Positions 39,434 to 51,221 of a stretch of 64,000 bases of DNA are shown here, piece after piece (the stretch's first letter is position 1; each line of letters starts with the position of its first letter). The notes under the pieces are model-generated. The model had not been told where the DNA came from, made no database searches, and saw only the letters and a program-made list of their open reading frames with translations. A program made the translations under genes and the position numbers. Source of the DNA: Bilabrum cf. latius. Lineage: Eukaryota. The stretch is taken from positions 434,001-498,000 of the forward strand of contig OZ237740.1 in assembly GCA_965178125.1 (NCBI GenBank), in the 5' to 3' direction.

Positions 39434-40072
39434 TTATATTTGGTACCCTAACTAGAGGCAATTCCTCAATTTATCGTGAAGCTATTCGTAAGTATTATAA
39501 ATGTAATAGCTAGAAGGGTTCAACTCTTTGATATAAGAGTTACGGTCTTCTAACATAGACTTCTATTTATCTACTTTCTAATTCTTTAAAGTCTTCTAGA
39601 ATAGTGAATTAGATGGAAGACATACAACTATACTTTCTTTTTTAAATAACTCATTAGCTAGACTTAACTCTTTAGTAAAGAATATTACTCTCTTCTCGCT
39701 ACCTTCATTCAACCAGTTATCTTTTACCCATTGAAGGGCTTCTTTACTGGCTTTTCTATTAAGTATATTATAATTACCCCAATCACTTTTTAACTTACAT
39801 TCGTCTAGTTTCATAAGTAATTCGGGCTCCTAGACATATACTCCTAGAGTACTATCTAAATCAACAAGTAAACAGTCTTTAGAACTAGACCGTAATATTT
39901 GACAAGCGGTAGACTTACCACTACCTTCAGGCACACAGATACATATTTTTTTACGTTTATGTAAAGGTTTATCCCATAACCACTACCAACAAGACATACC
40001 ACCAGAGTATGCTAGAGGTAGTAAGACACTTAAACCTCCTACAACGACACTGCTTGAACTGATTCCATCCAT
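39434..40072 (-). CDS. Small P-loop NTPase/kinase-like protein with a hydrophobic N-terminus (212 aa)
   Basis: With TAG read through: MDGISSSSVVVGGLSVLLPLAYSGG..., ICICVPEGSGKSTACQIL (Walker A), then LLVDLD; TAA stop. Confidence 0.7.
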
Positions 40073-40115
40073 TTTATTATATTAATAAAAAAGATATTTC
40101 TATAATTAAACTCAA

Positions 40116-40838
40116 TTATCCTGTTAAGAAAATACAAGGTACGACTTTATACTCTACTCCATTAGCATCAGTAGAAGTACCACTTGAAAAGTCTTCATCT
40201 ACTAGAGCTTTTGCTACAATAGTCTAATCAACAGAGACTGGTTGAGGATTAGGCGCATAGACATATCCACTATCAGAACTATTAATTAAGTAATCACCCG
40301 CACTTACATCTCCTCCATTTTTATTTACTTTCACAGCTCCATCACCTAAAGATGCCACAAGTACTTTACCATCATCATGGTGTTCTCCTACATATACTCC
40401 AAAAGGTGGTGAATGTTGAGATGCTTGACTTACGACATATTCATTAGTTGTGGGTCCTTTATTAACTACACTATCAAGAGTAACCACTGACCCAATACCA
40501 GCTGGTAAACTAGAAGCAACATCACTACAAGATGCTACATGTGTACCGGTAAATGATAAGAAGTTGGTTGCTGTCATAGTACTGGTTTGAGTGCCATCAC
40601 CTGCGACATTGATTGAGATAGATGCACCTGCTGATGCTGAGTTTTTACCTATTCTCCATGTGAAAGACTTAGCATCTTCATTAGTACCACTCATAATATA
40701 TGGTAGTGATTGACCATTGAAGTTAAGTCCAAAGTTAGCGGCTCCATCAAAGCCTTCTGCTTTAATTGATTCTACTTCAATAGACTTACTCTTTAATTCA
40801 TATTCATTTTTGTTTAAGAGATTGTATATTCCTGCCAT
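40116..40838 (-). CDS. Fibre/spike-like protein with a C-terminal peptidase-G2/IMC-like chaperone domain (240 aa)
   Basis: FTGTH...PFGV...VASLGDGAVKV...GGDVSAGDYL...GY...*TIVAKAL.DEDF pattern, as in viral fibre C-termini. Confidence 0.6.
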
Positions 40839-41081
40839 TACTTATATTATATTAGCTAGACTAGATATTTTTTTTTTAAATTACGAGATTTTAAAAAGTT
40901 AGTAGTATAAGATATAGTATAATACTAGCGCCCCAAATTGCGATAATATATTAGGATATTAAGATATATTTCCGCAATTCTGGGCGCGTAGGCGTATTGA
41001 TTTTTATAATTTAGTCATTTTTAATATAGCCACCTCTTACAATGTAATATTTTTAAATTAAAATATTATAGTATATACCAT

Positions 41082-42524
41082 TTAAAGACTTCTTAATCTT
41101 GAATCTAACCAAGATATTAGAGTATCAAGTCTCTTATTAAGACCTGAACCTTCACCAGTCTTACTTTCACTTGCTCCACTAGATGATTGACCTTGTGCTT
41201 CTTGTTCTTGTTCTTCCCGTTCTTGTGCTGCTCGTGCTGCTCTTGTTCTTGCTTCTTGACCTTTACCAAGATCTTCACCTGCATCGCTTGCTACAAATTC
41301 TCCATCTGGTTGTCTTTCTAATAGTGTCCCTTCTGTCTCATCATCTAAAGGTTCATTACCTCTTGCTATCTATTCAGCAGCTTCATTCATTACATCACTT
41401 AATGCGGCTTCTCTTCGTAAGTCTGGATCTTTTTCCTTAGCTCGTCTAAGTCTTTCTTTAAGTGGAGTTCCTGACGGTTCTGCACGACTAAATGGGTTTG
41501 GTTGTCTTTTTCTAAGTGATAATTGTCTTTCAATATCTTTCTTTGCGTCATCAAACTTGATTCTATTTAAATTTACAAATCTAGTTTTACTGTCAAGTCC
41601 CGATTGTCTTCCAGTCTTAATATCTTGAAATAAGCTCTATAAATCATAATACTACATATCATCTATTGGCACACCATCATATTCATCACCTAATAGTGCT
41701 TTAAGTCTATCTTTTAGTACTGGTGCTTTAGATGTGGCTTTTGTTTTATAAATATCATTTATTGCTTCCATTCTTTTATTAAGTACATCTCTTTTTAGTT
41801 TAACTCGATCAGTTTGGCTTCGTAATCGTTCCAAAGCATAGCCTTTTGACTTTTTATCTCCTAATCTTTCTAATAGAGGTACTATTTGTGTTCCTTTTGC
41901 TCTTTGTCTAACTTTTACAAGTCTTGATGCCATTGAATTAAGTTGAGCCTTAGAGAGACCATTTAAAGTTGAATCACTTACACCTCTCTCTTTAAGAAAC
42001 TTCTTCAACTAGTCTACTGTTAAGTCATTCTCTAAGTCTTTGACATCTTTAGGTAAATTGTCTATCTCTTCTGCTTCAATAAATAAGTTATTTAATGCGT
42101 CGTTAAGTTTTGACTCAGCTTTACCTTTTTGAAATAGAGTATTAGATGAGTTCATATATGGAATATTCTATATCATCTTAGCAATAGCTTCAGCATCTTC
42201 ATCAAGTAGTTCATTATCTTTAGCTAGTCTTACAACTTGATCTATATCTGCTACTTTATACTTTTTACCTTTCTTACTGTTATCTTTAACTCTTTTTAAA
42301 GTCCTTTTCATAAGATTTGCTATTCTTTTTAATTTTCTCTTTTCTTCTAATGGCATAAAGTCCTCTTCTAATTGAATTTTTTGTTTTCGTTTAGCTTCTC
42401 CTATAGCTGCTCTTATGGCTCTCTCTTCGTTTCTTACCTTTCGTCTTGCTTGACTTGTAGGGGCTCTACTTTCCACAAGTCCATCGAGTAAGTCTTCCAA
42501 TACTGCTGTTCTTTTTTTAGACAT
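41082..42524 (-). CDS. Highly charged K/R/E-rich coiled-coil protein (480 aa)
   Basis: ORFs 42524-42168 and 42008-41652 share a frame, open to TAA at 41082 with TAG as sense. Confidence 0.7.
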
Positions 42525-42563
42525 CGTATAATTATATTATGATAATAGATAATATTATTAAAT

Positions 42564-43007
42564 TTACATACCATTTTCTTTTAATATTTTACTTGCTTCT
42601 CCTAGACTTACGCCATACTTCTTCATTACCGCACTCACTAATTTACCTCTTGCTTTAGCTTTTGGATTAGGTTTCCTCTTACGCTTAGCCTTTCCAAGTC
42701 CTACAGTCTTAAGTGCAGCATCAAGAGGGACACCAACTTCAGGGGCTACAAACTTAAGACCTGTTCGTATTGCCTTTCCTACATTACTTTTAATACCTTT
42801 TTTAATTGTTCGCCCTACTTTCTTGAATTTACGACCTACTTTTTTAAAAAAGCGTCCAACTTTTGAACCACCTTGAACACCATTCATTTGATAGTCTTCA
42901 AATAATTCAAGTAGTTTTTGCTTAAATTCGTCTTTTAAATTGTTGACTTTGGCATTAGAGGGTGATTTACCTAGTTGCTATAGTCTTTGTCTTATGAAAT
43001 CGTCCAT
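42564..43007 (-). CDS. Basic putative core/DNA-condensing protein (147 aa) with a GG motif
   Basis: ATG 43007 and one TAG. VQGG followed by SKVGRFFKKVGRKFKKVG; C-terminal ARGKLVSAVMKKYGVSLGEASKILKE. Confidence 0.65.
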
Positions 43008-43041
43008 TATAATAAAGAACTATAATATTTCTTATTAATAT

Positions 43042-43860
43042 ATGGTTAAATTAACAAAGTAGTAGCTAAAGTATTATTCACGATTTGATAATAAGATATT
43101 CAAGTCTTTTAAAATAAATAGAAGTGATATTTATTTAAATGGTTCATATTCATTTACTCATAATATGCTTTCACTTTGGGCTGGAGACATAGACCTATAC
43201 TCTCCCGTTAAATTGTCTGATGTCAATAGTGTTATAAATGAATTAAAGACCTTAAGAGGTAGTAGATTAATACATATTTATAACGTTGAATATGATGATA
43301 ATGGCGTCTCTTTAGATACATTTCTTGATACTAATAGACCTAAAATATTAAAATCTTTAAAATAGTAGAATAATCCTATGATATTCGTTGAAAGTTGGGT
43401 CTATACTGGATATATTGAAGAGGTTAGTATATTATATGATATTGGAGGTAAGATATTGAAAATGAAGCCTAAACAAGTAGCAGATAGGATGATAGATGAC
43501 ATAAAAGACTTACAAAAAGAACGAAAATATTTCAAGATATTAAAAAGACTAGATGTTATATATGACGAATTAGGGCAAAAGAAGAAACAGGAAGAGATTG
43601 AACAACTTATAAAGAATCCCGATGTAGGCTTTCTTTACTTGACTATTACAAGATTAAAAAGTTTATTACTTCCAACAGTTCCATTTAAATTAAAAAATAG
43701 AGTTATTGATAGACTTAAGAATGATGTACGTAAATTAGGACTTATTAAACCAGTATATCAATACTTTAATACGTTCAATAGTAAAGATGTAAGTATTATA
43801 ATTAAATATTTAGAAGACTAGCTCAATAAAAGGGTCGTTAAATTAGTTTCACATAATTGA
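43042..43860 (+). CDS. Pol-beta-superfamily nucleotidyltransferase-like protein (272 aa)
   Basis: YLNGSYSFTHNMLSLWAGDIDLY fits hG[GS]x9-13Dh[DE]h. One frame from ATG 43042 to TGA 43858. Confidence 0.6.
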
Positions 43861-44054
43861 ATACACCTAAACGCCCAGAATTGCAGACATAATTTTCTTG
43901 ATACTTATATATTTCCGCAATTTGGGGCGCCCTATTTTGTGAGATTTTTATTAGATTGACCCGAAAATGTAAAACCTCTAACAGCCTACGCGCCCAGAAT
44001 TGCAGAAATATATCTTAAATAGCTATAATATTACCGCAATTTGGGGCGGTCGTC

Positions 44055-44576
44055 TCACCAGTCACTATAAAATAGCTCGTCAATGTCTTCTTCGTTAAGT
44101 TTATTAACTGTTTCTGTCGGATGGAGGGGATTATCTGGTCGTATGTCATGTAAATAGCACTTAAGTCTGAAAATTTTTAGATATTCATAAATTAACTACA
44201 TTTGAAAAAAGTCTTTTTTAAATAACCTTTCCCACTCAACGGATTGTTTAAATTGTTCTATACATTCATTTATTTTCATTGAATTAGCATAGTCAAAGTT
44301 AAGTGTTTTCAAGTGATCCAAAGAAGACGATACATATCCGTTATCATTTAACGTAAAGTTCATATCACAATAGTACTTTTTACTGCAATTGATAATACAT
44401 TCTCTATACTTACGAGCAATTAGCAGACAAGTCATATAATTAGTATAGCAATCTACTCTATCAGTTGTCATCATATTACGCTACTCTTCTGCTTTCTTAT
44501 AGTACTAATTAACTTTACATGAGTACTTATAAAATGATTTAATATATCTTTTTGAAATTAGAAGTTTGTGATCCAT
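44055..44576 (-). CDS. Hypothetical protein (173 aa)
   Basis: Extends ORF 44474-44196 through TAGs at both ends to ATG 44576 and TGA 44055. Confidence 0.65.
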
Positions 44577-44721
44577 AATTCTATATATTTATATGATATT
44601 TTAATCATATTCTTAAGACTGTGCACTCTAAAATGAATATTTGAAATGGCTACTTCTCACAATATACCTTTTAAACCCACTTATTATTAGAAAAATAATA
44701 AATATTAACATATAGTATATA

Positions 44722-45789
44722 ATGTCATTATCATACGATGAAATACCAAATAGTCATTTAGTTGCTTTAAGAGAATACAAGCACAAGAAGAGGAACAAAA
44801 GCGTCTTTTTTAGTGAAGATGTAGGGGAAAAAGTCATAACTCCAGAAGATATAAGTGATGATTTACTTGAAGAGTATTATGGAAAGAGAGCAATTAAATA
44901 TGAGAAGAATAAAAAAGCATTACGTGAAGAGATGTGTAAGTTAGTGAATGGAAATAAAAAACTAGTTAGAAAGACTAACGAGTTAAGAATAGATGATAAG
45001 AGTTAGTTTGAAATAGTCCCATTCTTTGATGATGAGACCAAAAGACAAATACACTATTTAAGTGGTTAGGCTGGTGCTGGTAAGTCTTATATTGCTAAGT
45101 CTTTACTCAAGTATTATCATATGTTCATTCCAAAGAAGAGGGTTTTAGTCATTACACCAGTACAGGAAACAAATCCAACTTATTTAAAATATGGTAATTT
45201 TATTGATATTGATAAATTAGTAGCAGTAGATAGAAACGATAGTTATGATGACTTAATGAGGAAATATAAAGAAGAAAAGATATTCTTTAGGTAGGAAAAG
45301 AAGTCATTAGAACCTCATGAATTAATTAAAAGAGAGATAGAGATAGAAAGAATGAAACCAACAAGTAAAGACAAGACTAAGGCATCATTTACCACTACTC
45401 CATTGTATGAAGAATGGGCAAAATAGGGTCCTTCTGTGGTGGTATTTGATGATTATGAAGCCTTAAACGGGGATAAAAAGTAGAGGGCGTTATTCTTAAT
45501 TAAGCGTATAGGTGAAGTTGGAAGACATAGCTCAACAAATATGATAGTTATAAGTCATTTAACGAATGATTATGCGAATACTAGGTCAATAGTCATGGAA
45601 AGTCATAATATTATTTTATTTAAGAGAAATCTATGGAAATTTAGCAAATATTTAATGAAAGCATATTTAGGATTTGATGCAAGTCTTATAAATCGTGTTT
45701 ATAAATTGTTTGGAGAAGGTAATAGATGGCTATGTATTAATAAGACGTATAATTTTATCACTTGTCCTAAATAGATGTTCGTATATTAA
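44722..45789 (+). CDS. A32/FtsK-HerA family DNA-packaging ATPase (355 aa)
   Basis: Walker A YLSG*AGAGKSY, Walker B VVVFDDYE, GRH motif, ISH...TRSIVMESH; TAA stop. Confidence 0.92.
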
Positions 45790-45808
45790 TTTTCTTAGTA
45801 TTAAGTAT

Positions 45809-46357
45809 ATGGATATAACCACTGCATTAAGTCCTGAAGAGGTACAAAGACTATACTTTACATTTACAAAGTAGCATATACCAGTTATAATGTATGAAGA
45901 AATAAGTGATACTAATAACATCAGACAATTTCTAGATGAAAATCCTTTATTTGTCCTTTATTATCCTAACTTAGTAGAAGGAGCAACAATGAGCGGTCAT
46001 TATACTGCGGTCATATTTAATAAATCAAAGAATACTCTTTATTTTTGGGATAGTTATGGTCAATTACCTGATACTCATATTCCAGTTGTAGGTGGAGTCA
46101 TAGACCCATAGAAGCTATATGATAGAAGTAGTCTTCTAATAGATCACGTATTAGATGCTGGTATTAATGTTGACTATTCAAATCAAAAGAATCAATTAAT
46201 ATCAAATAACTCTGCCACATGCGGGAGGTGGTGTGTGCTCAGGATATTATTCCATCACTTGACTAATGATTAGTTTAATAGTCAATTAAAGAAGGCTTTT
46301 AAAAAGTATGGAGGAGGACTAGATAATGATGAACTTATTACTTTGATAATTAGTTAA
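45809..46357 (+). CDS. Adenain-like virion maturation cysteine protease (182 aa)
   Basis: Catalytic pattern GHYTAV / YFWDSYG / NQ...ATCGRWC; TAA stop. Confidence 0.92.
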
Positions 46358-46717
46358 TATGACATATACCATAAATTTTTAGATATTGAAAATTGATATC
46401 TATAAGGTGGCCATATTAAAAAGACTAAAATATAAAAATGAATACGGGTACGCGCCCAGAATTGCGGAAATATATCTTAATATCCTAATATATTATCGCA
46501 ATTTGGGGCGCTGGTATTATACTATATCTTAAGATACTAAATTTTTAAAATTTCGGAATATTGGATTTTTTCAATGAGTCAAATAATTAATAAAAACTTT
46601 TTTAAAAAGTCAATACGGGTACGCGCCCAGAATTGCGGAAATATATCTTAAATAGCTATAATATTACCGCAATTTGGGGCATTAGACAAGACTTATTTTC
46701 TTGATAAATGTTATAGA

Positions 46718-47644
46718 ATGGTAGAGATTCAAGAACCAGATATCTTTTATATTAACTCATAGGATACTATAACATCTATTAATACTAATAGACCAGTATC
46801 AATACATGAACAGCGTCAAGGTAATATCTTGACAAATTCACAAAACTACTTATTATCACTTGACCGATGGACTCTTAAATGTCGTATTCCTTTATTTGTA
46901 GCAAGTAAAGAAGTAAAGAATAGCGATAATTAGTCAATTTATAAGATGTCGTTTGTGAAGAAGAGTGATGGAACTACTTACACTCGTAATATTGTCTTAA
47001 CCAAGTCGTTATATTATAGTCTTAAGACCTTATCTAATGAATTTAATAATACTCTTAGTGATTTATGTGGAGATGCTAGTATTCCAACTGATAGTATAGT
47101 ATTTGAATATCACGGTAAGACTAAAACTTTTAGTTTCACCCGTTTAGCGGCTTTTACAAGTGCGTGGACTTTAAGTTTTAACTTTCCTTTATTCTCTATA
47201 TTTGAGACATTTGAATATGACGATGAAGGTAAAGACATCAAGAGTGATACTTATATAAATCTATTAGATGGATATAATGAATAGAGTGCTTCTACCTTAG
47301 ATTAGTTTCCTACTATGGAGTATATTCAAATTATTAGTCCATCACTTCCAATACTTCCAGAATTTACGCCATCATATAAAAGTACATCTAGTACAGAGAT
47401 ACAAAGTGAAAATATCTTAAGTGATTTCAAGATAGACAATACAACAGGAACGAGTTTTATTAAAATAAACTTTAGTAGTGGAGGAAATCATAGATGGCAA
47501 TAGTTCTATAGATCAGCATTTAATAGTTATAGTATAGTACCGTATTTTAGAGATACTTTTGGAAACTTATACGAAATACCCTTTACTTTTGGACAAGGAC
47601 TTAATATAAAAGCTCTATTTAAAAGTAAAAAGTTAATAACTTAA
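46718..47644 (+). CDS. Minor capsid protein (penton), 308 aa
   Basis: N-terminal FYIN...EQRQGNILTNSQNYLLSLDRW...IPLF and C-terminal ILSDF...YFRDTFGNLYEIP...IKALF resemble virophage pentons. Lies directly upstream of the MCP. Confidence 0.82.
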
Positions 47645-47686
47645 AGTAAAAAATAAATAAATATCTTTAGTCTTAATATATTTATA

Positions 47687-49573
47687 ATGTCTGATATGGA
47701 TAATGTACCTGTAGCAGCACAAAGCAAAGTCGTAGATGACGTCTCAGAACTACCAGTAACTCAAATAGCTGACGAAAAACTCAACTTTGTGGGTGATAGT
47801 CAAGCTATTACTCTAGGAACTACCCTTGGATACTCTTCCAAGTTCCAAAACCACTATGAACCAGATGGTGGTAACTCTAGCGCAACTAATGCATTTAGAA
47901 GTAATTATACTTTCGTAGTGCCATCAAATCAAGGAATGACTGACAGTAATCCCCGTCTAAGAGTTTCATTTGACGTATACATCTATGATAGTTAGAACAA
48001 TGGAGCAGTAGCTCAAACTGATATCGTCAATAAGGTAGCCCCTTCTACATTTATGGTAAATTCAATGATCACAAGTTCCACAGTTAAAATGGGAGACTTA
48101 TCTCGTAGTTCATCACCTTATCAATTAGTCAATTTAATAGCTAGAAGTCTTGACCGTGCCACTCTAGCACAAATAAGTCCTGTCTTTTAGGCTGATAACA
48201 CTTGGGAATTTAATACTGCCGCAAATGGTCTTGCTAAGTCTGTCCTTCAATGGGGTGTAAATGATGATAGTATTATGGAAGCTCGCGGTCCTGGTAAGAA
48301 TTACCGCGCAACACTTGAAAAAGTGGATGCTAATACTCCAATACCTAATAATAATGTAACACCAACTCAAGACTATGTCAAATTACATATTGAAATCTCT
48401 GAAGCACTTCTTGCACGTCCTTTCCAATATATGATGGGTGGTAATGCTAGACCTTTTGTTGATCATCCACAATTAAATGTTAATTTACAAATGAGAAATA
48501 ACTTAATTGATAAGATGTTTAATACTTCAAGTGATTGGAATGGAGACTATGCTTTTGCTTTATCCGATTGCTAGATCCATTTTGATGTCTTTACTTATAA
48601 TACTCATCTTAACTTCTTGAAGAAAGTACCTAAACAAATATTCTACAACTCTGTTGACTTTGAACTACATGAAGAGCCTAAACTTGATAATCCTATCACT
48701 ACTAAAGGTGTCCATACTTTTAATAATTATCAACTTTAGACTTGCCCTTCTTGGTTTGCTGTGTGCTTAGTTGATTCTCAATATGGAGAAGCTAGTGGTA
48801 CACCTCATAGAACACTTGCCATTAACAATATTAAAGTACAACTTAGGTCTTAGGGTTCTATTTTAGGAGAACTTACACAAGACGATATCTTTAGACTTAG
48901 TGAAAGAAATGGATCAAATAGTGAGTATGCTTCTTTTACTAACTTAGATGTAACTGTAGGAGGTGCTTCTAAAGTATACGGATCTAATGGCTGGCTCTTA
49001 TTTAGACTTAGCGATTTAAATACTCCTGAAACTATTCAAAGCAACAGTGCTGACCCTATTAGTATTCGTGTTCAAGTAGCCTATGACGAACCCCCAACCG
49101 CTGCTATGTCTCAAGGATATAAAGCTCAATTATTCTGTGCCTATGACAAGATTATCGTGAATACTAGAGGTGCCGCTATTGAATGGCGTGAAGATAGTGC
49201 TTCTGTTGACCCTGAGAAAGTGGCTAAACCTTCTAATTATACATTTTCTAATATGAACTACTCTAAGAACGTATTAGGTGGAAGACGTCGTAAAGTGATG
49301 CAATTCTTTAAGAGAGCCTTTAACAAAGCTAAAGACTTAGGACGTAAAGTGGTAGACTTTGGAAAGAAAGCTAAAGCTAAATTTGATAAAGTGAAACCAG
49401 CTCTTCGTAAAGCAAGACAAGCAGTAAGTGAATACTTACCCGATGAAGTGAATGACTTAGCTGAACGTGTTGGAGCAGGTCTTTTAACTAGTGGTGGAAG
49501 TCTTTTGACCAGTGGAGGTAAGAAACTAACTAAGGCTCAACTTATGAAACTTAGAAAGTAGCTCAATATGTGA
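47687..49573 (+). CDS. Major capsid protein (double jelly-roll, virophage type), 628 aa
   Basis: ORFs 47687, 48275 and 49106 share a frame joined by TAGs, ending at TGA 49571. Size, position after the penton, and VLGG followed by a basic C-terminal extension fit virophage MCPs. Confidence 0.82.
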
Positions 49574-49760
49574 GTCGTAAATTATTAATTAATATTTAAA
49601 AGTTATAAATATTGACTAAATTTAAAAACTCAATACGGGTACGCGCCCAGAATTGCGAAAATATATCTTGAATAGCTATAATATTACCGCAATTTGGGGC
49701 GGTCATACCTTAAGACTAGTTTAAATATTACGCCAAAAAATATCCACTATATATATAGTT

Positions 49761-50183
49761 ATGGCAGCAGTATCACCGTGTGAAGACTTACTTTATATGG
49801 AGTATTCATTCTTATTCTTACCACATAGAGAAGACCCAACACTTAAATCTCAAAAGGTTTACTTAGATGATGAACTTGAAGGAGATCCTGAAGACATTGT
49901 AATAGATAAAGATTAGATACAAGTAAATAATAGAGGTCATATAAAGACATATGTAAGTGAAGGAGGCTTTACAAAGTTAAAGGTAGGATAGATAATTGAA
50001 GAGATGGAGCAAGAGGTGCGTAATTAGAATGGTATTGCTTATGATTGTATTTTTTATCATAAAGTTGAACACGACACGAGCACAGATATTTATAAAGTAG
50101 TATGGGGATGGCACAAAGCAGACTTTCCAGTGGATATTTTTGATCCTGCTAGCGTGTATAAGAAACCCCCTAATATGGATTAA
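49761..50183 (+). CDS. Hypothetical protein (140 aa, 3 TAG)
   Basis: MAAVSPCEDLLY... to TAA; upstream CGCCAAAA/TATA motif; lies between two dyads. Confidence 0.7.
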
Positions 50184-50317
50184 TTATTAAAAACTCAATA
50201 CGGGTACGCGCCCAGAATTGCGGAAATATATCTTAAATAGCTATAATATTACCGCAATTTCGGGCGGTCATATGTCTTAATAATAAAGTTATTAATATTA
50301 AGTCATATCTATGTAAT

Positions 50318-50640
50318 AAAAAAAAAATTCTTTGAGCTAGTAATTATACCGATGGTTTGACTACTTGGCGAAGTCATTCGTAAGTCATTGTTGTAGCGGG
50401 GCCAGAATGTGAACTGATGCACCTGAAACCCTATTAAGTCTTACGACTAAGTCTGCTACAACCACTTACGACTACTTCTACAGTATCCAAACTCCCTTCA
50501 AAGACTTGCAAGACGTGTGCTTTGTCATGAAAATGACTTACAGAACGACTTACGGCGATGTCAGTGGCGGGAATCGAACCCACGACCTTGACTTTGTGAA
50601 ACAATCACGATATCACTAGACCAAGACCACAACGCACCAA
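50318..50640 (-). ncRNA. Putative RNA polymerase III-type, tRNA-like non-coding RNA
   Basis: The minus strand has an A-box-like TGGTCTAGTGA, a T-arm/B-box GTGGGTTCGATTCCCGC and a T10 run at 50327-50318. The interval is GC-richer than its surroundings, has no obvious ORF and has no canonical acceptor stem. Confidence 0.55.
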
Positions 50641-50808
50641 GAGGTAAAAAATATTATATTCAAATAAATTTAAAAATTCAATACACCTACGCGCCCAGAA
50701 TTGCGGAAATATATCTTAAATAGCTATAATATTACCGCAATTTCGGGCGGTCATATCTTAAGACTAGTTTATTACTTTCGCCAAAAAATATCCACTATAT
50801 ATATAGTA

Positions 50809-51159
50809 ATGTCAGATAAAGAAGATATCAAAATTGAACTATCTCAAAATTTTATAGATGAATGTCTTGTTAAAGGTGTAGGTGTCGATGATGTAGTCAG
50901 TAGTATAGGTAAAAGTATTGAGAATCACTTTGATAAATATGTATGGATGAAACCAAAAGACAAAGGTGATGGTTATCGTTAGAATGTCTTTAGTTTTAAA
51001 TTCGACAATATTATCAAGAAACTCGAAAGTACATTGGAACAGTTAGAATATGAAGAGCAAGTGAAACACGTCTAGGAGCTGATGTATCGTGTTGAAAGAA
51101 GTGAATGTGAAAGGAAGAAGAGAGAAGAAAAAATTAAAAAGACAAAAAGAGACCACTAA
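50809..51159 (+). CDS. Hypothetical protein (116 aa)
   Basis: MSDKEDIKIEL... open to TAA 51157 with TAG read through; upstream promoter-like motif. Confidence 0.65.
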
Positions 51160-51221
51160 GTCATTTTATATAAGGTATGTATTATTAAGTCTTATTAAGT
51201 TTTTTATTAATAAGTCATAAT

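Noticed and set aside
50559-50640. Canonical tRNA or TAG-suppressor tRNA
   Set aside because: No properly spaced 7-bp acceptor stem and no CTA anticodon loop; kept only as a tRNA-like ncRNA.
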